Assembly (NCBI GenBank): GCA_963706025.1
Contig: CAVPLM010000003.1
Coordinates: 320,001 to 384,000, forward strand
Direction: 5' to 3'
DNA length: 64,000 bases
Origin: an uncultured Actinomycetes bacterium
GTDB taxonomy: Bacteria; Actinomycetota; Thermoleophilia; RBG-16-64-13
Below, piece after piece: positions 20,171-30,068 of the stretch (position 1 is the stretch's first letter; every line of letters starts with the position of its first letter). Both the position numbers and the translations under genes were made by a program. The notes beneath the pieces were generated by a model. That model made no database searches. It was given only the letters and a program-made list of their open reading frames with translations, and had not been told where the DNA came from.

Positions 20171-21326
20171 ATGAGCAGGATGTCAGTCGCTGCCGTCGTG
20201 CGCGAGCCTTGCGCTCCGTACACTCTCGAGTCGGTCGAACTGGACGATCTACGGCCAGATGAGGTCTACGTCCGTATCGAGGCGGCGGGGGTCTGCCATA
20301 CCGACGCGAACATGCAGGTGATGGTCCCGATGCCGGCCGTCGTCGGTCACGAGGGAGTCGGGAGTCGTGGAGGAAGTCGGCTCGGGCGTGTACGATGTGA
20401 AGCCCGGCGACAGGGTCATCATCTCCTGGCCGGCCTGCGGTGTGTGTTTCAATTGCCTCACGGGCAAGCGATACATCTGCGAGAATGCGTTTCCGCTGCT
20501 GTTCAGCGGGCGCCGTTTGGACGGCTCACCAACGATCAAGCTAGGTGGCGAGTGGATCTCGGGCGCCTGGTTCCAGCAGTCTTCCTTTGCCACCTACGCC
20601 ATAGCCTCCGCCGACTCGCTGGTCCGGGTGGAGGACGATGTGCCGCCGGAGATCCTTGCCGCTCTGCCCTGCGGGGCGATGACCGGCGCCGGCGGGATAC
20701 TCAGTGCCCTGCGGGTCGGCCCCCGGGACGAGGTGCTCATCCTCGGCGCCGGCGGGGTCGGGCAGGCCGCGGTGATGGCCGCACACATGGCCGGAGCTTA
20801 TCCGATCATTGCGGTGGCGCGGAATCCCAAGCGCCTGGAGCTCGCCCTCGAACTTGGGGCGACCCATGTGGTGAACGCGGCCTGCGAAGACATCGCTGCG
20901 CGGGTGCAGGAGATAAGCCCCGGCGGGGTGCGCTTCGCCTTCGACAGCTCCGGGGCGGTCACCTGTTGGAAAGCGGCCGCACTGAGTCTCCGTGCCGGTG
21001 GTACGTTCGGGGTCTGCGCTGCCGCCGAGGAGGAGACCCTTGGCGGGAGTCCTCACTTCTTCTTGTCGAAGGGGGCCCGTATTCAGTTCATCATGGGCGG
21101 TTCCGTGGTTCCTCGGGTCTTCTTGCCGAAGCTCATCCAATGGTACAAGCAGGGACGCTTTCCCGTTGACAAGTTGGTCCAGACCTTCCCCTTCTCGGAG
21201 ATAAACGAGGCCTTCGCGGCCTCACACGAGGGCCGGGCGGTCAAACCGGTGCTGCTGATGCCATTCCACGCCACTACGCGTAGTAGTCGACCAAGGCCCG
21301 GCTGGGACGACCCAGTTGGTAGTTGA
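20171..21326 (+). CDS. Zn-dependent (aryl/benzyl) alcohol dehydrogenase (frameshift near 20365)
   Basis: GVCHTD, GHEG, CGVCFNC...C, FQQSSFATYA, GAGGVG; natural end KPVLLMP near 21262 reads on into IS. Confidence 0.85.
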
Positions 21327-22256
21327 GGCTGATGCAGGCGGCCAGGCACAAGAAAGCGCTGCAAGATGCGCTCTTTGAGGCCCGCAAGGGTGCGGGCGCC
21401 GTGGCGTTCCAGGGTGAGGATGTCCTTGCAGGTGCCGAAGATGGATTCGATCCGTTGGCGAAGCGGAGCAAGGTGAGGGCCTTCTCCCGGCTCGTCTTTG
21501 CGCTTGGGCCGGACCAGCGGTGGCCTCGAAGCTCTTTGACGGCTGAGGCGAACTCCTCGCCCGCATAGCCCTTGTCGGCAAAGGAGGATCTCCCCTCCCT
21601 CGCGCCGGCAGCTCCCAAGGAGTTCGAGGCCCACCTCCCGTTCATCCCGCTTGGGCGAGGCGAACGATAGCGCCCGGGGAGTGCCGTCCGAGGCGAAGAT
21701 GGCGTGCAGGCGCACCCCCCAGAAGTAGCGGGAGTGACTGCGGCGCAGTAGCCGTAGTCGCAGAGGTCGGAAAGAGCGGAGCGAAGCACCGTCTCCCGGC
21801 TTCTGGCGCACTCGACCGGGGTGGAGTCGATAAGCAGGAGATCATCGTAGAAACCCGGGCTTTGCTCGGCAAAAGATGAGAAGGAGCCACTCAAGGAGCG
21901 GGGAGCAAGACGGCGCCGGCGCTTGAAGTAGCCGGCCTGGCCGGGGACGACAGGGAAACAGGTGGCCAAGAGACTTTCCGGGCCCGCTCGAAGGAAGCGC
22001 CGGTCAGAGGGGATGCCCATGATGGCCTGCGCGACGGCAGAGGGTGACGATCTCGGCATCGGTGGTGCGCCGGCGGGCATTGCCGCGTCTTCTCTGGCAA
22101 AAGATCATCGGCTGTGCAATAAACGAAGGTGCAGAGGGTGTCGAGGTCGGCGTGCATCGTGGCCTCCTGGTCAGACGGTGATGCTGACACCGTCGGACTT
22201 CGGCTTCTCTGCCTCGAATCCCTTCTGCACCGGCATTTTCGTGGAATCAATCACTA
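21255..22256 (-). mobile_element. IS982-family-like insertion sequence; transposase 22157-21274 frameshifted
   Basis: MHADLDTLCTFVYCTADDLLP, LLIDSTPVECARSRETV, YFWGVRLH, ADKGY, LRQRIESIFGTCKDILTLERHGART; imperfect terminal IR sharing ATTCCACG. Confidence 0.8.
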
Positions 22257-22468
22257 GGGGTCGGCCCTGCGCCGAACGCCTGGTGACGCGCCAATGCTCT
22301 TGTGGTCGCCGGAGCTCTCTCTGGCTCCCCTTCCTCGAAAGCTTCGCAGAGGATGTCGATCAGGTGATCGATCTCCTCCTCAGTCATCAACGCGGCTCCA
22401 GCCCGCTCTCGCTCACTCGACAGGCCCCAGCGCATCGGCGCGTTCTGGCGCTGGGCCGCGACCTCCAT
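22247..22468 (-). CDS. Small hypothetical protein adjacent to IS end
   Basis: Acidic helix MTEEEIDHLIDILCEAFEE; AT-rich upstream; ends inside IS terminus. Confidence 0.25.
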   Translation of the reverse strand: MEVAAQRQNAPMRWGLSSERERAGAALMTEEEIDHLIDILCEAFEEGEPERAPATTRALARHQAFGAGPTPSD

Positions 22469-22694
22469 TATTGGTATACTCGTTTCATTTGACAGACAGC
22501 GCCAGGTCCCTCGCCGGCACCCGGGCGATGGTCGCCGTGTGAAGAAGCGGCGTGACGCGCCCTAGAAACGGGAGAGGTCCAGTTTTGAAGAGCAACAAGG
22601 AGGGAATTCACAGTCCTAGTCGAGTTGGACCGCACGGCTTTGCATCGGAAGCTGATCTGGCACGAGATGCCGATCTTAGTAAGGAGAGTCGATC

Positions 22695-23501
22695 ATGACA
22701 GATGTCGTCACTGATCCCTATTCGGGGCTGCAGATGGTGGAGCTGAGCCATTTGTGGGGCCATGGCGTGCCGTCCTACCCCGGAGATGCCGACGTACGCA
22801 TGGTGCGGGCGGTCAAGTTCGCCCAGCACGGCGTTATGGCGCACCGGATCACCACCGTGATGCACACCGGGACCCACATGAACGCCCCTCTGCACCTGAT
22901 CCAGAAGGGCGCCGATCTGGCGGCGATCCCCGTCGATCGCTATTTCGGCAACGGCGTGGTGCTGGACATCCCCAAGAAGAACTGGGAAGTGATCACGGCT
23001 GACGACCTCAAAGCAGCCAAGCCCGGGATCCAGTCCGGCGACATCGTTGTCATCGTTACGGGTTGGTATCACAAGTACTCCGACGGACTGGAGTACTTCG
23101 GCGAGGCGCCGGGGCTCTCGAAAGACGCGGCCGAGTATCTGGTGGAGATGGACGCCAAGATGGTCGCCATCGACACCCCCCACGTCGATCATCCTTTGGC
23201 CACCTCCATGGGCCCCCATCGCGGCGGGCCGCAGATGAAACGTCTGGCCGGCGAGTACACCAAGGCCACCGGTCTCGATCCCAAGAAAGAGCACGGCGAG
23301 TGGTACGCCGCGCACAAGACGCTCCTCGCGGCCGGGATCCCCACCATCGAGCAGGTGGGCGGGGACGCCGATCTGGTCAAAGGCAGGCGCGCGACTCTGG
23401 CTGCCACGCCCTGGAAGTTCGAACACGGCGACGCCTGCCCGGTCAGATTGATCGCGATGTTCGATCCCACCGGTAAGGCCCGGATCGAGCCTGGCAACTG
23501 A
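22695..23501 (+). CDS. Cyclase/kynurenine formamidase-family protein (copy 1)
   Basis: HTGTHMNAP, IVTGW, AIDTPHVDHP, TIEQV, GDACPVR; RBS AAGGAG. Confidence 0.88.
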   Translation: MTDVVTDPYSGLQMVELSHLWGHGVPSYPGDADVRMVRAVKFAQHGVMAHRITTVMHTGTHMNAPLHLIQKGADLAAIPVDRYFGNGVVLDIPKKNWEVITADDLKAAKPGIQSGDIVVIVTGWYHKYSDGLEYFGEAPGLSKDAAEYLVEMDAKMVAIDTPHVDHPLATSMGPHRGGPQMKRLAGEYTKATGLDPKKEHGEWYAAHKTLLAAGIPTIEQVGGDADLVKGRRATLAATPWKFEHGDACPVRLIAMFDPTGKARIEPGN

Positions 23502-23530
23502 CTATCCGCCGAGCCGAAAGGACGAACCAT

Positions 23531-24314
23531 ATGAGTCTCAAGATCTACAACCTCAGCCATACCTTCACGCAGTTCATGCCCGAGTGGCCCTCGACTCCGA
23601 GCGTGGACGTAGACGTGGTGAAGTTCCATGCCAAAGACGGCGTATACCAGACGCAGTGGGAAGGCATCATGCACCGCTGCACCCACATGGACGCCCCCAT
23701 CCACGTGACCGAATGTACCCCCAGCATCAACGACTACCCGTTGTGGCGCATGTTCGGCACCGGCGTCGCGGTCTCCATCCCCAAAGAGAAGTGGGGGATC
23801 ATCACCCCCGAGGATCTCGAGAATGCCCGCCCGAAGATCCAAGAGGGCGACATCGTCATGATCAACACCGGCTTCCATCGCAAGTGGGGCGATACCGACG
23901 AGTACTTCGCCTACGGTTGTGGGATCTACCAAGAGGGCGCCCAGTGGCTGGTGGACAAGAAAGTCAAGCTGGTCGGCTACGGCTGCCAGGCGAACGACCA
24001 CCCCATCGCCACCAAGCTCGTCAATCACGGCCTTGGCCCCACGCATCCCCACCTGATCGAAGAGTGGAAAGAGGAGTTCGGGCAGGACCCCATCGAGGAC
24101 TTCCCCAGGCTGGGAATCGGCGCACAAGACCCTGATGGTCAAGGGCGGGATTCCCGGGATCGAGAACGTCGGCGGCGACTTGGACGAGGTGACGGGCAAG
24201 CGCTGCACCTTCTTGGTCCTGCCTTGGCGCTGGCCCGGCGGGGACGGCTGCATCGTGCGCGTCCTTGCCATCATCGACCCGGACCAGGAGTTCCGCTTCG
24301 AAGCTGGGCTGTAA
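23531..24314 (+). CDS. Cyclase-family protein (copy 2; frameshift near 24110)
   Basis: HRCTHMDAP, INTGFH, ANDHP, then GIENVGGDLD...GDGCIVR...FEAGL-stop in shifted frame. Confidence 0.85.
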
Positions 24315-24389
24315 GAACGGCGCCTAACCTGGCGCAGTCGGGCCGCCCGGCGGGTGAAGGGTCCCGCCGCCCGCTGACGGGGTCGCCCG

Positions 24390-26520
24390 TTACCGGGAGG
24401 TGACGTCCTCCAGAGCCTGCTGGTATTCCTCCACGCCGCTCTTGAGGCGCTCGTGCCAGGAGACCTTCTGCCAGGGATCCCAACCGTACCCGTTCGTCGA
24501 GTAGAGCTCGGAACCGAGGGCCACGCTGATGCCCACGCGATCCACCGTCTCGGTGACAAGGCTGCCGTCGGGGTTCCAGCGGAGCGCCTGCAGTGAAGAT
24601 GGGTCGGAGAACCCGATCGCCTGGTAGGGCAGGCGGACCTCGATACAGTCACCTGCCGCCCAGGTGACTCGCGAGTCGTAGTCGCCGCTTGACGGGTCGG
24701 TGGTCCCATAGCGCATTTGCCCAGCGTCGAACCACTCGAGGGGCAGCTTCTGCCCGCTGCCTGGCATCGTCTGAGGTTTGTTCGTGATGAGCTGCTCCGG
24801 GTTCCAGACACCACTTCCTTCGGCGAGTCGCCGCGGCGTCGAATGGTATGTACCCCTTCACCTTGCCCCAGAAGATGGTGAACTGGTCGTTCGAGGCCCG
24901 CACATAGACCTGACCCTGTTTGCCCGGACCGAGCACCACGGCATAGTCTGCTTCCGGGTCCTCGCCGGGCAGGCCGGGCAGGCCACCGTTGCCTCCCGGG
25001 ATGACATCGATACCCAGGGTGAGCGGAACCTCTTTCCACACCTTGCGATTGTCGAGCAACAGGCGCAGGTAGAGATATCCCTCGTCTTTGACGGCACGTA
25101 CCTCGCGTAGCCCGGTAGCGTTTTCGTAGATCACCTGCGAGTCGTTGTCCTCCCACTCGGAACCGTCACCATCCACGGTGACCGCCTGGTCGGAGCCGGG
25201 GTCCATGGCAAGGAGCCCAAAGTGCTCCTCGTTGGTCCAGGGATTGGTCCAGAGCGCCCGGCGGTCGCGCGGGAGCTCGTAGTCGATGGTGTTCCACGTG
25301 AACTTGAACCACTCGTCGGCCCATTCAAAGAGCATGCCGCCCGAAAGCCCCATGCCGTGGATCACGCGCAGCAGCTCCGCATCGATGGCCATCTGCTGCT
25401 GCTCGGAGTGGTTTCCCTGATCGCGGCCGAGTGGGCCGGTGTGCGCCATGCTCATCGAAGACGGCACGCCGAACTCGGTGATCATGACCGGCATGGTGGC
25501 ATGGTGATCCTTCAGGGCGCTCAAGTAGCCGGCGTACGGATCGTTCCGCTCCCCGTATACGAACGATTGAAGAGAGGGCTCATACCTCTGGAAATCGGGG
25601 TAGTACGGATAGGCGTGGTAGCTCGCGAAGTAACCCCCGGGCCACGCGGACGAGACCGCGATGTGGTTCGCGTCCACCGATACCAGATCCTCGTTCTCCA
25701 TGGGTTCCTCCGGATGCCGCAATGGGTCTGTGGTAGGCCAGTTGGTGAAGGTGAGGGGCACGGCGATCCCACGGGCCGCCTCTTCGCTCGCCACGTGATC
25801 GAGCATCTCGGCGAGCCAGGTTTCCGTGGGGGTCGCCTGCTCTGTGGAGGCGAAGTACTCGCCTTCGTACATGGCCCTACCGGCGTTCTTCTTATCCGAG
25901 ACCGAAGTAGCCAAGGGATCCCACTCCACCCCCAATGAGTAGGAGTAGAGCCAGGGGCTGGCATCGGCCGTCCACCTTCCCCACGCCTTGCCCCGCTGTT
26001 GGTCTCTCTGCAGATCCCCGTGCACCGCCGCGACAGCGTCGGTGATCTCGCGCTTGAAGCCGTCGTGCACCGTCGGGTCGAAGAGGTCCTCCGTGCCCAG
26101 AAACTCCTCTTCCGGTATCCACACCCCCTGGATCAGGTAGAGCGGATGGTCCGGGTTGGCCTGATTGAAGGCGGTCAACTCCTGGTAGAACACGGGCGGA
26201 AGGATGGTATACACGCGCACCGCGCGCAGACCCATCGAAGTCATCATCGAGAACCAGCGGGCGTACTCCTCGCCGGTGACGGCCAGCTCGCCGGGCTGGG
26301 TACCGGGAACGGTCGAGCCAAGATTCACGCCCGGCAAGAAGTCGATCACGCCTCCCTGCGTGGAGAGGAGGAGCTTCTGGCCCTCGGTGTGGGCGATGCG
26401 GGTGAGGCCCCCCACAGTCTCCGGCCGCGGCGCCCAGTCTGTCGAGACCGGGGATCCACAGCCAAACAGGAAGCCCATCAGGGCGACCACCATGAAAACC
26501 ACGGCCACGACCGGCGTCAT
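24390..26520 (-). CDS. Lipoprotein with clan GH-A-like TIM-barrel glycoside hydrolase domain (frameshift near 24825)
   Basis: Signal/lipobox LFGC; AVRVYT, LGVEWDP, SYHAYPYYPDF, ITEFGVPS, FEWADEWFK. Confidence 0.6.
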
Positions 26521-26770
26521 ACGGCGGTTCGACCCAAACCGGATTCTCCTGTCGCGTCTTGCAGCGAGATGCCCGCAGTTCCCACTTCTCTCCCGCCCCA
26601 TCTGTTGATCACCTGGCATTTGAGCTCTGGTCTCACCGGTCCTTATCGGCACCGCAGCGTCACCTTCTGAGCGGCGGACGCTGGACGCGCACAGGAGAGC
26701 GGGGACGGGCCGACCAGGCGTCGAGAACATGGTGCAGGTCGGTGGGGGCTAGAGAGCCTCCGATAACAGA

Positions 26771-26948
26771 ATGGGCACAGAAGAGGATCCGTGGCGTCTC
26801 AAGACTCCCAGCGGGCAATCGGACCTGGAGGTGTATCGCTCTCTCACGGATCTCCACGCCATGATCAAAGCGCGCGGTGACTGGATGCCGCTGGGAATGG
26901 CCGAGGTCGAGCACAACCCCAGGAACAGGCGCATTAGGCGCCCCGTAA
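26771..26948 (+). pseudogene. Internally deleted remnant of a small conserved hypothetical protein
   Basis: Blocks GTEEDPWRLKTP / DLHAMIKARGDWMPLG / AEVEHNPRN recall a longer conserved family (DUF6855-like, from memory). Confidence 0.4.
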
Positions 26949-27001
26949 GTCCCTGCTCGACCTGCGCCCCATGCTTGCCGAGCGCGGGGCTTACTCCGTG
27001 C

Positions 27002-27502
27002 TCAGACGAAGATGATCTGCGCGCCCTCCGTCATGTCGAGGAAGTCGCTCACCGTGACGATGTCGAGCACCCCGTCGATGAAGTCTTCCTTCTTCAGCCC
27101 CATCATATCCACGGTCATCTTGCACGCGTAGAGCTTTGCTCCCCCATCCACCAGCATCTCCATGTACTCGCGTATGGGCGGCGCCTCGACCTGTTTGATC
27201 TTCTTCCTCATGATCCACGTGGCGAACCTCGTCATGCCGGGCAGGACGCCCATGAGGTTGGGGATCCCCAGATTGCCGGGCACGCCCATCATGCTCATCT
27301 TCATGCTGGTATTTGCCACTGGAGCCAGTTGAAGGTGGTCGATGCGCTTCTTGGTGATCATGTCCATGCCCCAGAAGGTGAAGAACAGGGTCACGTCGAT
27401 GCCGTTGCCCAACGCCCCCCAGGCCATGATCGGCGCGGGATAGGCCATGTCCAGATCGCCTTTGGAGCAGATGAACGCCATGTGGCGGTTCTCATCAGCC
27501 AT
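27002..27502 (-). CDS. DsrE/DsrF/DrsH-like sulfurtransferase (DsrE2-type)
   Basis: SKGDLDMAYP, LFFTFWG, LYACKMTVDMMG. Confidence 0.88.
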   Translation of the reverse strand: MADENRHMAFICSKGDLDMAYPAPIMAWGALGNGIDVTLFFTFWGMDMITKKRIDHLQLAPVANTSMKMSMMGVPGNLGIPNLMGVLPGMTRFATWIMRKKIKQVEAPPIREYMEMLVDGGAKLYACKMTVDMMGLKKEDFIDGVLDIVTVSDFLDMTEGAQIIFV

Positions 27503-27562
27503 GTGCTACTCCTCTCGTCAGTGCTTCGCTGTACGCGCGGCGCAGTTCTTTCGGCCGATCGA

Positions 27563-27883
27563 TCACACGCATCCTTCTGGTTTGCCCAAGCCGGAGATGC
27601 GAGCTACCTTCTTGGCCGGGCCTTTCGGGAACAGGGCGAACAGCTCTTTGGTCGAGACCCCGGTCCCGGTGGTGATCTGCCGAAGGGTGGGCGATTTCCC
27701 GTTCAAGCCTTTGGCCGTCTCCCGGCTCCAATCGATCACCTTCCAGTGAGCCTCGGTCAGCTCGGTGAGTCCCTCTTCCTGGGCGATCTCCGCCGCGATG
27801 ACCTTGTCCCACTCGTTGGGATCGGTCATGAAGCCCTCATCGTTGACCTGCACTACCTTGCCTGCGATCGTCTTGGTCGGCAT
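27563..27883 (-). CDS. tusE: TusE/DsrC-family sulfur relay protein
   Basis: NDEGFM, LTEAHWKVI, LFPKGPAK, GLGKPEGCV (single C-terminal Cys). Confidence 0.85.
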   Translation of the reverse strand: MPTKTIAGKVVQVNDEGFMTDPNEWDKVIAAEIAQEEGLTELTEAHWKVIDWSRETAKGLNGKSPTLRQITTGTGVSTKELFALFPKGPAKKVARISGLGKPEGCV

Positions 27884-27929
27884 ACGCTTCTCCTTCTGAT
27901 GGTCGAGTATTTGTTGGATGACGGTTCGG

Positions 27930-28634
27930 CTATTTGCCGGCCGCCTGCCCGGCAGCTTGCGCGCCTATGACGCGAAGCACGCGCATGGTGAGCACAAGTC
28001 CGCGGCGTGTATCCGGATCTCGCATCTGGCCCAGCAGTGAGCGTAGAGAGGTGTCGATCGGCTGCGCGAGCTCCACCTCGCTCTTCGAGATCACTTCGTG
28101 GACCAGGTTGAGGACCTGGGGCTGCGTCACGTCTCTCATCACGTTCACGAGCGGGACGACGTTATCGCCAAGTTGTTCTATCTCTTCGGGACTGAAGGAG
28201 GTGACGACGTTGTCTGCGGCCCGGGCGCCTCCTCGGGCCAGTGCGAAGTAACCTCTTCGCTCGGCCGACTGCAGCAGGTCGGTCGCCTTCTCGAAGGCGC
28301 TGTCGGTTAGGGGACCGACGGTCTGCGCGAGATCCATCAGGCTCTCGAGCTGGTCGAGCATCTTGTCGATGTTGCGCCCGTTGCGCAGCAGGCGTTTGAC
28401 CAAGCGGAGCACGTCACATAGGTCGACGTACTCCTGGACCTCCTCCAATTGCACGGTCACGAGCTGGAGGGCCTCGTCTGCGATCGGGATCACGTCCTGC
28501 AAGAGCTCGTCGCGCTCCGCCTGCCGGCGCGAGGCGGATCGGGCCTGGTCGGTCAGGATCTGGACCTGGCCGGCGAGGAGATCGAGCTTCTCATGTAGAG
28601 CGGCAAGATCCGAGGCCGCTAATGCCTGTTCCAT
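27930..28634 (-). CDS. DUF1641-like helical protein
   Basis: C-terminal SLRSLLGQMRDPDTRRGL; typical position after sqr. Confidence 0.7.
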   Translation of the reverse strand: MEQALAASDLAALHEKLDLLAGQVQILTDQARSASRRQAERDELLQDVIPIADEALQLVTVQLEEVQEYVDLCDVLRLVKRLLRNGRNIDKMLDQLESLMDLAQTVGPLTDSAFEKATDLLQSAERRGYFALARGGARAADNVVTSFSPEEIEQLGDNVVPLVNVMRDVTQPQVLNLVHEVISKSEVELAQPIDTSLRSLLGQMRDPDTRRGLVLTMRVLRVIGAQAAGQAAGK

Positions 28635-28644
28635 GCCGGCCTCC

Positions 28645-29877
28645 TCACTTGTGCCACTTGCCCGACATGCTCATGCGCGCGGGCAGCGGCAACTCCTGGC
28701 CCTTCAACAGGATGTTCCAATACATCCAACGGAACATCATCTTGCCCCAGTGGTTCAGCTCCGACTCCTGCAGCAAGGCGAAAGGTCCCATCCCGGGCAA
28801 TGGATAGCGGCCGGGAAGTGGCTCCACGTCGTAGTTGAAATCGATCAGCAGACCTTTGCCGAAGCCGGACTCGATGAAGCAGTTCGTGTGCCCGTCGTAG
28901 GGGACCAGCATATCCAGGCCGTCAACGTGGCGTAAGAAGTTCTCGGTGAAACAGTCCACCGCGAAGTGGGCCCCTGAACCGCTTTTCGAGGTGGGCAAGG
29001 CCGCGGTGTCGCCAAGGGCGAAGATGTTCGGGTGCTCCTTCGAAAGGAAGGTGTGGATGTCGACCGGGACGTAGTTCAATTCGTCGCCCAGCCCCGAGCG
29101 TGCCACGAACTCGTCACCCTTGTTGAGCGGGACGGTCACCAGCAGATCGTATTCCAGTTCAGTCTCGTCGTAATGCACGAGTCTCTTGGCGTCCGGGTCG
29201 ACGTGCTCGACCAGGAACTCGGGCACCACCTGGATGCCCTTTTCTTCGAGGATGTCGCCCAGGTACTTGGAGGCGATAGGCTTGGTGAACGCGCCCGGAA
29301 GCGGGGTGGCATAGATCAATTCGACTCTATCGCGGATACCCTGCTCATGGAAGAACCAGTCCGCCAACATGATGAATTCGAGCGGAGCCACCGGGCACTT
29401 GATGGGATTCTCGACCACGTTGAGCACCAGCCGACCGCCCTGCCAGGTGCGCAGGTGTTTCGCCAGAGCCACCGCACCCTCGATGGTGTAGAAGTCGTAG
29501 ATGGACCGGTGCCACTCGGGCCCCTCGAGGCCGGGAGTCTCCCCGGGCCGGGTCCGCGTGCCGGTTGCGATCACCAAGAAGTCATAATTGAGGATGCGAC
29601 CGTTCGTCAGCTTCACGCGGTTCTGATCGGGTTCGATGACGTCTGCCTCGGCCTTGATCATCTCCACCCCGGCTGGGATGAAGTCAGGCTTGGGCTTCAT
29701 CACGTCGTTCTTGCTGTACATGCCGAAGGGGATGAATAGATAGCCCGGTTGGTAGTAATGGGTCTCGATCGGGTCGACGATGGTAATCTTCCACTCATCG
29801 GTGCCGAGTAACCGACGAAGGCGATTGACGACCATAGTCCCCGCGGTCCCGGCGCCGATGACCAGCAGTCGCTTCAT
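28645..29877 (-). CDS. sqr: Sulfide:quinone oxidoreductase-like flavoprotein (type III-like)
   Basis: GAGTAG, HYYQPG, KCPVAPLE, YDGHTNCFIESG, NHWGKMMFRWMYW. Confidence 0.85.
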   Translation of the reverse strand: MKRLLVIGAGTAGTMVVNRLRRLLGTDEWKITIVDPIETHYYQPGYLFIPFGMYSKNDVMKPKPDFIPAGVEMIKAEADVIEPDQNRVKLTNGRILNYDFLVIATGTRTRPGETPGLEGPEWHRSIYDFYTIEGAVALAKHLRTWQGGRLVLNVVENPIKCPVAPLEFIMLADWFFHEQGIRDRVELIYATPLPGAFTKPIASKYLGDILEEKGIQVVPEFLVEHVDPDAKRLVHYDETELEYDLLVTVPLNKGDEFVARSGLGDELNYVPVDIHTFLSKEHPNIFALGDTAALPTSKSGSGAHFAVDCFTENFLRHVDGLDMLVPYDGHTNCFIESGFGKGLLIDFNYDVEPLPGRYPLPGMGPFALLQESELNHWGKMMFRWMYWNILLKGQELPLPARMSMSGKWHK

Positions 29878-30068
29878 GAATCAGAACCCCCTTCCACGTG
29901 ATTAGCCACTCCCAATTCGCGCATCACCGCTGCATCACCACTATATCTCCAAAAGGCCTCATCCCCAGAAGGCTTCGATCCCAGCCGACGCACCGTGCGT
30001 CATTATACCCTAGTGGGTATGTTCGTAAGTGGGTATCGCGGTTCTGAAGGGGGCCACCAAGTGCGGGC

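Noticed and set aside
23189-25156. 655-aa minus-strand ORF and similar long shadow ORFs (e.g. 2220-3524, 60261-61325, 60275-61366)
   Set aside because: Antisense or off-frame to well-supported genes; expected from high-GC codon bias; no recognisable motifs
27563-27883. DsrC indicating dissimilatory sulfite reduction
   Set aside because: Second conserved Cys is absent and there is no dsrAB in the window
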